A stretch of 64,000 nt of DNA from Candidatus Coatesbacteria bacterium (GTDB taxonomy: Bacteria > RBG-13-66-14 > B26-G2 > JAUVZD01): contig JAUVZD010000007.1 in the NCBI GenBank assembly GCA_030602715.1, positions 13,581 through 77,580 on the forward strand, read 5' to 3'. Each line of letters opens with the position of its first letter. Positions within the stretch are counted from its first letter, which is position 1. This document shows, one piece after another, positions 58,067-64,000 of this stretch. A program made the position numbers and the translations under genes. The notes under the pieces are model-generated. The model searched no databases. It was not told the origin of the DNA and saw only the letters and a program-made list of their open reading frames with translations.

Positions 58067-59625
58067 ACCAAGGTTTCCATAAACCCCGCCTGGGGCTCTG
58101 GCTCTTCATCGCTCTGCTGGCGTTTAACCTGTGGGCGTATGATGGAGGTTCGGGAAGAGGTAGCGACGGCTACTATGTCTATCTTAGTGCCCTCTCGGTC
58201 ATTGAACAGGGGGAGATGAGCGTGGAGGAGAGCGGGTATTCTGAAAGCCTGGGCACAACCCGCACCCCACAGGGCGTTGATGGAAAGCTCTATCCCGCCT
58301 CCGGGGTGGGCTGGGTGGCTTCCCTCCTGCCTACCCTGGCTTTGGGGAAACTGATAACGCTATTGCCCCTGGCTACAACCAAAGCGGCGGTCACCAGCTT
58401 CTTCGCCGGTCTGATTATGCCCCTTGCCGGGGCAACGCTCGGCTTCCTGCTCTATGCATTCCTCCTGCGCTTGGGCGTGGGAAGGGGCGTCAGCCTATTA
58501 ATCGCCATCGCCGCCTCTCTCACCACCCCCCTGTGGGAATATAGCACAAGCGCCAGCTACAGCGAGATACTGCTCTCACTATCTCTATTTGCATCCTTCT
58601 ATTTCCTCCTCCGCTACCGCCAATCATCCGAGCTACACTGGCTCTTCCTCTCCTCCGCCGCCCTAGGCTATTCCATAACCATCAAATTTTATTCCCTCAT
58701 CCTGCTCATTCCACTGCTAATCTATCTCTGGCTGATCCTGCCCCATCCCCACAAAAAACGACCCCTGTGGCTGGCAATATATCTCATCCCCTTCCTGTGC
58801 GGAGTCTTCATGGTAATGACCGTCAACCTGCTCCACTTCGGAGCGGTATTCAATACCGGATATTCGCTGGAGGTGCAGACCCGCTCCATACCGCCCTTGG
58901 TGGGCATCTTCGGTCTTCTCCTCTCCCCGGGAGCAGGTCTGCTCTTCTACTTCCCCGCCTCCATCCTAGCTACAGTCGGCTTCGTCCATCTCCTGCGCCG
59001 CCACCGAGCGGAAGCTATCTTCATCCTGACCACCGCTATAGTATTGGTCGTCTTCTTCGGCAGATTGTGGTATTGGTCAGGCGACCCCTGCTACGGTCCC
59101 CGATATATTCTGCCCCTCATTCCCCTGGCCATGATACCCATCGGTCCGTTGTTGGAACGCCTGCGCAAACCAACCAGAATAACCTGGGTATTAATATTCT
59201 CCCTCCTGGGCTTATTCGCCGTCCTGCCGGGGATACTCCTATCCTGGAACTTTGAGGAAAGGATCATCCCCGCCGGGGGAATAAAATATTATCTTCCGGA
59301 ATGTTCCCCCATCTACACCGGCTGGCGCACCGTCGCCCTTACCGCCACCGCCGGAGTCGGCGCCGAACCACAGATTGTTACCTACGCCAACGGTCCCTGG
59401 CAACTGACGATACCCCCACAACCTGTGGGCAGTTTCTGGTATTCGCCGCTCTATCCGGAAAGCGAGGTCCACCCCTCCGTCGGCAAAGCGATGCTCGCCT
59501 TTGGTATCATCATCCCCATTATAGCGTGCTTGAGTATGCTCACTTTGGTTATCAGATACAGAAAGGCTATAGGCTCAAATCGCCACAACCGACAACACCC
59601 AGCGCCCAAAATAGATGCTCCTTGA
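58063..59625 (+). CDS. GT-C-like polytopic membrane protein, paralog of the previous gene
   Basis: SDG..Y, NLLHFG..TGY, GLLLSPGAGLLFYFP, YGPRYI. Confidence 0.7.
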   Translation: MNQGFHKPRLGLWLFIALLAFNLWAYDGGSGRGSDGYYVYLSALSVIEQGEMSVEESGYSESLGTTRTPQGVDGKLYPASGVGWVASLLPTLALGKLITLLPLATTKAAVTSFFAGLIMPLAGATLGFLLYAFLLRLGVGRGVSLLIAIAASLTTPLWEYSTSASYSEILLSLSLFASFYFLLRYRQSSELHWLFLSSAALGYSITIKFYSLILLIPLLIYLWLILPHPHKKRPLWLAIYLIPFLCGVFMVMTVNLLHFGAVFNTGYSLEVQTRSIPPLVGIFGLLLSPGAGLLFYFPASILATVGFVHLLRRHRAEAIFILTTAIVLVVFFGRLWYWSGDPCYGPRYILPLIPLAMIPIGPLLERLRKPTRITWVLIFSLLGLFAVLPGILLSWNFEERIIPAGGIKYYLPECSPIYTGWRTVALTATAGVGAEPQIVTYANGPWQLTIPPQPVGSFWYSPLYPESEVHPSVGKAMLAFGIIIPIIACLSMLTLVIRYRKAIGSNRHNRQHPAPKIDAP

Positions 59626-59720
59626 ACTTTAACTGCAAATTTGTATAATAATGGGGTAATTCTTTCCAGAAGCGAATTCCCAGGTATCCTTTAACCAACA
59701 TCTCATCCCGGGAGGTTGTT

Positions 59721-61040
59721 TTGGCAAGGAAGCGAGTACTCATCATGGGCGCCGCCGGGCGCGATTTCCACAATTTCAACACCTATTACCGCAATAATCC
59801 CGATAAAGAGGTGGTGGCTTTCACCGCCGCTCAAATCCCGGACATCTCCGACCGCATATATCCACAGGAGCTGTCCGGCTCCGCCTACCCCCAAGGCATT
59901 CCCATCTACCCGGAAGCCGAACTGGAGAAGTTGATAAAAAAACTGAATGTAGATGAGGTCACCTTCTCCTACAGCGATGTCAGTTACGACTATCTGATGC
60001 ACAAAGCCGCCCTGGTCAATTCCGCCGGAGCCGACTTCCTGCTACTAGGGCACGAATCCACCTCCCTGAAATCCAAAAAGCCGGTGGTATCCATCTGTGC
60101 GGTGCGCACCGGAAGTGGAAAGAGCCAGACCACCCGTCGGGTGGCGGACATCCTCCAAGAACACGGAAAAAAAGTGGCGGTGGTGCGCCACCCCATGCCC
60201 TACGGTGATTTGCGTAAGCAGATAGTTCAGCGCTTCACAACCCTTGCCGATTTGGATAAGCACAACTGCACCATTGAAGAGCGTGAAGAGTATGAGCCCC
60301 ACATCAACCGAGGGATGGTGGTCTATGCGGGAGTTGACTATGAGCTGATTCTTCGGGAGGTAGAGAAGGAAGTGGATGTAATACTCTGGGACGGCGGAAA
60401 CAACGACTTTCCCTTCTATGTGTCCAAATTGCACATCGTGGTGACCGACCCTTTGCGTGTGGGACATGAATTGAGATACTATCCCGGGGAGACCAACCTG
60501 CGTATGGCAGACTGTGCGGTAATCAACAAGGTTGATTCCGCCGACCTGGGTGAGGTGGAGAAACTGACCGAGAACATTCACTCGCTCAACCCCCAGGCTG
60601 ACATCGTAAAAGCGGAGAGCCCGGTAACCGTGCTCAACCCAGAAATCATCAAGGGAAAGCGGGTGCTGATCGTGGAGGACGGGCCGACCCTGACTCACGG
60701 AGAGATGAAATTTGGGGCCGGCTTCGTAGCCGCCCAAAAATACGAAGCTGCGGAGGTAGTTGACCCACGCCCCTATCTGGTGGGAAAACTGAAGCGCACC
60801 TTCCACAAATATCCGGAGATAGGCAAAGTCCTCCCGGCTATGGGCTACGACAAGGAGCAGGTTCAAGACCTGGCCAAGACCATTGAGAAGGCTAAAGCGG
60901 ACAGCGTCATCATCGGCACCCCCATAGACCTCGCTAACCTCTTCCCCATCAAGAAACCCCATACCCGTGTTTTATACGAGTTGAAAGAGATAGGCTCACC
61001 GAACCTAGCCGATATTCTAGAAAAGTATGATATAATTTAG
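59721..61040 (+). CDS. arcE: CpgS-related P-loop enzyme, probable arginine synthetase
   Basis: MGAAGRDFHNFN, AVRTGSGKSQT, RHPMPYG, TIEEREEYE, WDGGNND, EDGPTLTHG; carbamate kinase nearby. Confidence 0.72.
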   Translation: MARKRVLIMGAAGRDFHNFNTYYRNNPDKEVVAFTAAQIPDISDRIYPQELSGSAYPQGIPIYPEAELEKLIKKLNVDEVTFSYSDVSYDYLMHKAALVNSAGADFLLLGHESTSLKSKKPVVSICAVRTGSGKSQTTRRVADILQEHGKKVAVVRHPMPYGDLRKQIVQRFTTLADLDKHNCTIEEREEYEPHINRGMVVYAGVDYELILREVEKEVDVILWDGGNNDFPFYVSKLHIVVTDPLRVGHELRYYPGETNLRMADCAVINKVDSADLGEVEKLTENIHSLNPQADIVKAESPVTVLNPEIIKGKRVLIVEDGPTLTHGEMKFGAGFVAAQKYEAAEVVDPRPYLVGKLKRTFHKYPEIGKVLPAMGYDKEQVQDLAKTIEKAKADSVIIGTPIDLANLFPIKKPHTRVLYELKEIGSPNLADILEKYDII

Positions 61041-61064
61041 GGTAACCCAGACAACCCGGAGTCA

Positions 61065-61613
61065 TTGTTGATGAAGTTTAAGTTCAAGGAAACTGTAATC
61101 CGTGTCCTTCAGGGGGATATCACCGCCCAGTCGGTCAATGCCCTGGTAAATGCCGCCAACTCCCAATTGTGGATGGGTTCCGGTGTGGCGGGAGCCATCA
61201 AACGAGCCGGGGGAGTTCAGATTGAGGAGGAAGCGAAAGCCCGAGGACCCATTGAGCCGGGGGAAGCGGTCGCCACAAGCGCCGGAAGACTGCCGGTCAA
61301 ATATATCATCCACGCTGCGGTAATGGGACCCGACCTGGTCACCGGCAGACAACTCATCTACAAATCCACTCACAGCGCTCTCCACAAAGCAGACCAACTG
61401 GGTGCCAGCAGTATCGCCTTTCCCGCTCTTGGTTGCGGAGTGGGGAAGATGAGCATCGCCGAAAGCGCCGAGGAGATGCTCCGTGCCCTCGGGGATTTCC
61501 TGGCGGGCAACAACAACATCGGCGAGGTGCGTTTCGTACTATGGGGTGATGAAGCATACCAGGAGTTCAAGCAAAGTGTGAAGAAATGGTCAAGAGAACA
61601 TCCACAGCCGTAA
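61065..61613 (+). CDS. Macrodomain protein (ADP-ribose binding/hydrolase)
   Basis: QGDIT, VNAAN, GVAGAI, IIHA, SIAFPALGCGVG. Confidence 0.9.
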   Translation: MLMKFKFKETVIRVLQGDITAQSVNALVNAANSQLWMGSGVAGAIKRAGGVQIEEEAKARGPIEPGEAVATSAGRLPVKYIIHAAVMGPDLVTGRQLIYKSTHSALHKADQLGASSIAFPALGCGVGKMSIAESAEEMLRALGDFLAGNNNIGEVRFVLWGDEAYQEFKQSVKKWSREHPQP

Positions 61614-63343
61614 TTACCATTATAACTTTTCTCCTTACAACTGCCGTCTGTAGCGCCCAGATGAGCGCCGCCGAGCATTTCAACCTGGGGATGACCTTGG
61701 GTCAGGCGGGAAAATACGAACTGGCGGAGGAGCACTTTACCGCTGCGCTGGAGCTCTCCCCCCAACAATCGGCTTACATCACCGCCCTGGCAACCGCCCA
61801 GTTCTTCCAGGGGCAACTTTCAGATGCGGCGGAGAACTACCGCAGAGCGCTCTCCCTGAACGACTCCGATATGCTCGCCTCACTCAACCTGGGAATCATC
61901 TACTCCCGACTGGGTCAGTATGAGGAGGCTGTGGAGCAGTTTAAGGCACTGGCGGAACTGGACACGATAAGCTCCCTGCCCTATCACTATCTAGCTATCG
62001 CTTACGGACAGTTGGGTGAGCACGAGCAGGAGATGAGCGCCTTTGAGCAGGCACTGCACCGGGAGCCGGAGAACCCGGAGCTCATCATGGACTACGGTCT
62101 AACCCTGGCTACAACTGAGGATTATGAGGGCGCTCTGAACGCCTTTGAGCATGTCGTTGCTGTGGACCCGCTCAACATAGAAGCCCGTCGGCTACTTCAG
62201 GATGTCGCCGGCAAGCTGGGTGTGGAGTTAGAGCTGGAGCTACCCACAGGTGAAGAGCTTGCCGAGGCGGAGAAATATTTTCAGCAGGGTCTGGAGCTTG
62301 TCGCAGAGAAAAAGTTCTCCGAAGCGGCGAAAGCCTTTGAACTGGCGGTAAAAAACGACCCCCAGAACAGCTCCGCTCTGGTAGCATGGGGGGCGGCGCT
62401 GACCAACGCCGGAGACCTCTCCCGGGGCAGGGAGGTCCTGGAACAGACGGTGCTAAAATCGCCGGGCGACCAACTTGCCTGGTATAATCTGGGGATCAAC
62501 CTAGGCCTCGCCGGCTGGCTGGATGAGGCGGTAGGCGCCCTCACCAACTGCCTGGACATCAACGAGGACTTCGCCCCCGCCCACAGACAACTGGGGCGAA
62601 TATACTCAGCCCAGATGGTTCCCCTGCTGGCGGAGGAGGCTTACCAAACGGCGATCTCCCAGGACCCGGCATACTTGGAAGCACGAATGGACTTCGCCAT
62701 CTTCCTCATCGCCGGAGAGCGCTTTGACGACGCCCAGGAACAGATTGAGTATTCCGCCGAGCTCAACCCCGACGACCCCTATCTCCTCCTCATCCGTGGG
62801 TTACTTGCCTCCAAGCAGGATAAACCCAAAGAGGCGGAGAAGTGGCTGCGCAAATCCTTCCAGCTTGACGAGACCAATCCCCAGCCTCTGATATGTCTGG
62901 GGCTGATTCAACTGAAGCAGGGGAAAAGTAAGGATGCGGAGAAGAGTTTTACCACCGCTCTGGAGGTGGATGAAAACGACGCCGAGGTGTGGGCTGACCT
63001 GGGGGAGGCTTTGTTCGCCCAGGGGAAATACGACCAAGCCCGCCGAAGTTTCAACAAGGCAATCAGCAACAACCCTATACTCTTCCGCGCCTATCTGGGA
63101 TTGGGGCTGGTCAGTTGGGCTCTGGAGGACTTAGCAGGCGCAGTGGAGGATTTTCAGTGGGCGCTTGCGGTGGGTTTTTATACCGAGACCGGAAGCCGGT
63201 CGGTGATAAGCAACCTACCGGAGATGCTCCTGGAGGCGAAACGAGCCATCCTCAAGATGCAGGAAAGCGCCACTACCCCCCAGGAGGAGGGGATACTCAA
63301 TGGCATGATAGAGCAGTTGGAGGAGCTGGAAGCCGGACTGTAG
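61586..63343 (+). CDS. Secreted tetratricopeptide-repeat protein
   Basis: Signal peptide and many TPR repeats. Confidence 0.88.
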   Translation: MVKRTSTAVITIITFLLTTAVCSAQMSAAEHFNLGMTLGQAGKYELAEEHFTAALELSPQQSAYITALATAQFFQGQLSDAAENYRRALSLNDSDMLASLNLGIIYSRLGQYEEAVEQFKALAELDTISSLPYHYLAIAYGQLGEHEQEMSAFEQALHREPENPELIMDYGLTLATTEDYEGALNAFEHVVAVDPLNIEARRLLQDVAGKLGVELELELPTGEELAEAEKYFQQGLELVAEKKFSEAAKAFELAVKNDPQNSSALVAWGAALTNAGDLSRGREVLEQTVLKSPGDQLAWYNLGINLGLAGWLDEAVGALTNCLDINEDFAPAHRQLGRIYSAQMVPLLAEEAYQTAISQDPAYLEARMDFAIFLIAGERFDDAQEQIEYSAELNPDDPYLLLIRGLLASKQDKPKEAEKWLRKSFQLDETNPQPLICLGLIQLKQGKSKDAEKSFTTALEVDENDAEVWADLGEALFAQGKYDQARRSFNKAISNNPILFRAYLGLGLVSWALEDLAGAVEDFQWALAVGFYTETGSRSVISNLPEMLLEAKRAILKMQESATTPQEEGILNGMIEQLEELEAGL

Positions 63344-63365
63344 GCGCAATAAAAAAGCAGAAGCC

Positions 63366-63397
63366 AACCCCCTGCAATTACCCCAGGGGGGTTTATT
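63366..63397 (+). terminator. Intrinsic terminator
   Basis: AACCCCCTG-CAATTACCC-CAGGGGGGTT-TATT. Confidence 0.55.
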
Positions 63398-63510
63398 CTC
63401 TTCATCAGCCCGACAATAACATTCTGCATTACGCCACTTGAACTTTTTGATTATAAATGTTATATTATATATTTAATGCTCTTTTCCCCATTTAAAGGAG
63501 TGAATAGCAA

Positions 63511-64000
63511 TTGACCCCCCCAAAGAAGAAAAAGAGCTCAGCCAAAGTAAAAAGACCATCCCCGAAAGCTCCGAAGCAGAAGACTGCGGTCATCGCTCTG
63601 GGCGGGAATGCGATAATAAAGCCCGGTCAAGAGGGGACCATCGCCGAGCAGTTCGCCAACACCCGAGAGAGCCTCTCCGGTATCGTTGACCTGATTCGTG
63701 ACGGTTACAATGTAATCATCACCCACGGCAACGGTCCTCAGGTGGGCAACTACCTCATCCGGGATGAAGCCGCCTCCCATCTAGTTCCCCGCGTCCCTCT
63801 GGGTGTCTGTGTCGCCGGCACCGAAGGTGAGATGGGCTATATGATTGAGCAGAGCCTGCAGAACCGCCTGCATAAAGAGGGAATTGACCGCAAGGTGGTC
63901 ACCATCCTCACCCAGGTTTTGGTTGACGAGAACGACCCCGCAATGGAGGAACCAACCAAGTTCGTGGGACCATTCTTTGGGGAAAAAGACCTCCCCCGCA
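63511..64000 (+). CDS. arcC: Carbamate kinase (5' part, runs off window end)
   Basis: Manual translation: AVIALGGNAI, THGNGPQVG, GEMGYMIEQ, TQVLVD..DP..PTKFVGP; TTG start after AAAGGAG. Confidence 0.93.
   Translation, partial: MTPPKKKKSSAKVKRPSPKAPKQKTAVIALGGNAIIKPGQEGTIAEQFANTRESLSGIVDLIRDGYNVIITHGNGPQVGNYLIRDEAASHLVPRVPLGVCVAGTEGEMGYMIEQSLQNRLHKEGIDRKVVTILTQVLVDENDPAMEEPTKFVGPFFGEKDLPR

Overview
Gene-dense chromosomal window from a diderm bacterium. A T9SS-type C-terminal domain, beta-barrel-like proteins and lipoproteins suggest an FCB-related candidate phylum (inference). Housekeeping genes: thrS (partial), tRNA-Val(GAC), glmS, rpe, rsmB, rpoZ, groES-groEL, lon, hsp20, ddl. Most notable: (1) a tandem array of three unrelated secreted-protein genes (20979-23863). 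They share a C-terminal tail (SLGYIKA[LI]MSE) inside a ~130-190 bp DNA repeat that also carries a terminator and a consensus sigma70 promoter for the next gene. The array is flanked by GT-C glycosyltransferases and its third gene is frameshifted. (2) A probable ribosome-mediated attenuator (leader MTYTRTFFLLT) upstream of thrS. (3) An archaeal-type 2-phosphoglycerate kinase / cyclic 2,3-diphosphoglycerate synthetase / ApgM operon. (4) A CpgS-related, probable arginine synthetase (ArcE) gene near carbamate kinase. (5) An AT-rich GmrSD-type (DUF262/DUF1524) defence gene. No CRISPR array, integrase, transposase or rRNA was seen. All family calls come from motif recognition, not database searches.
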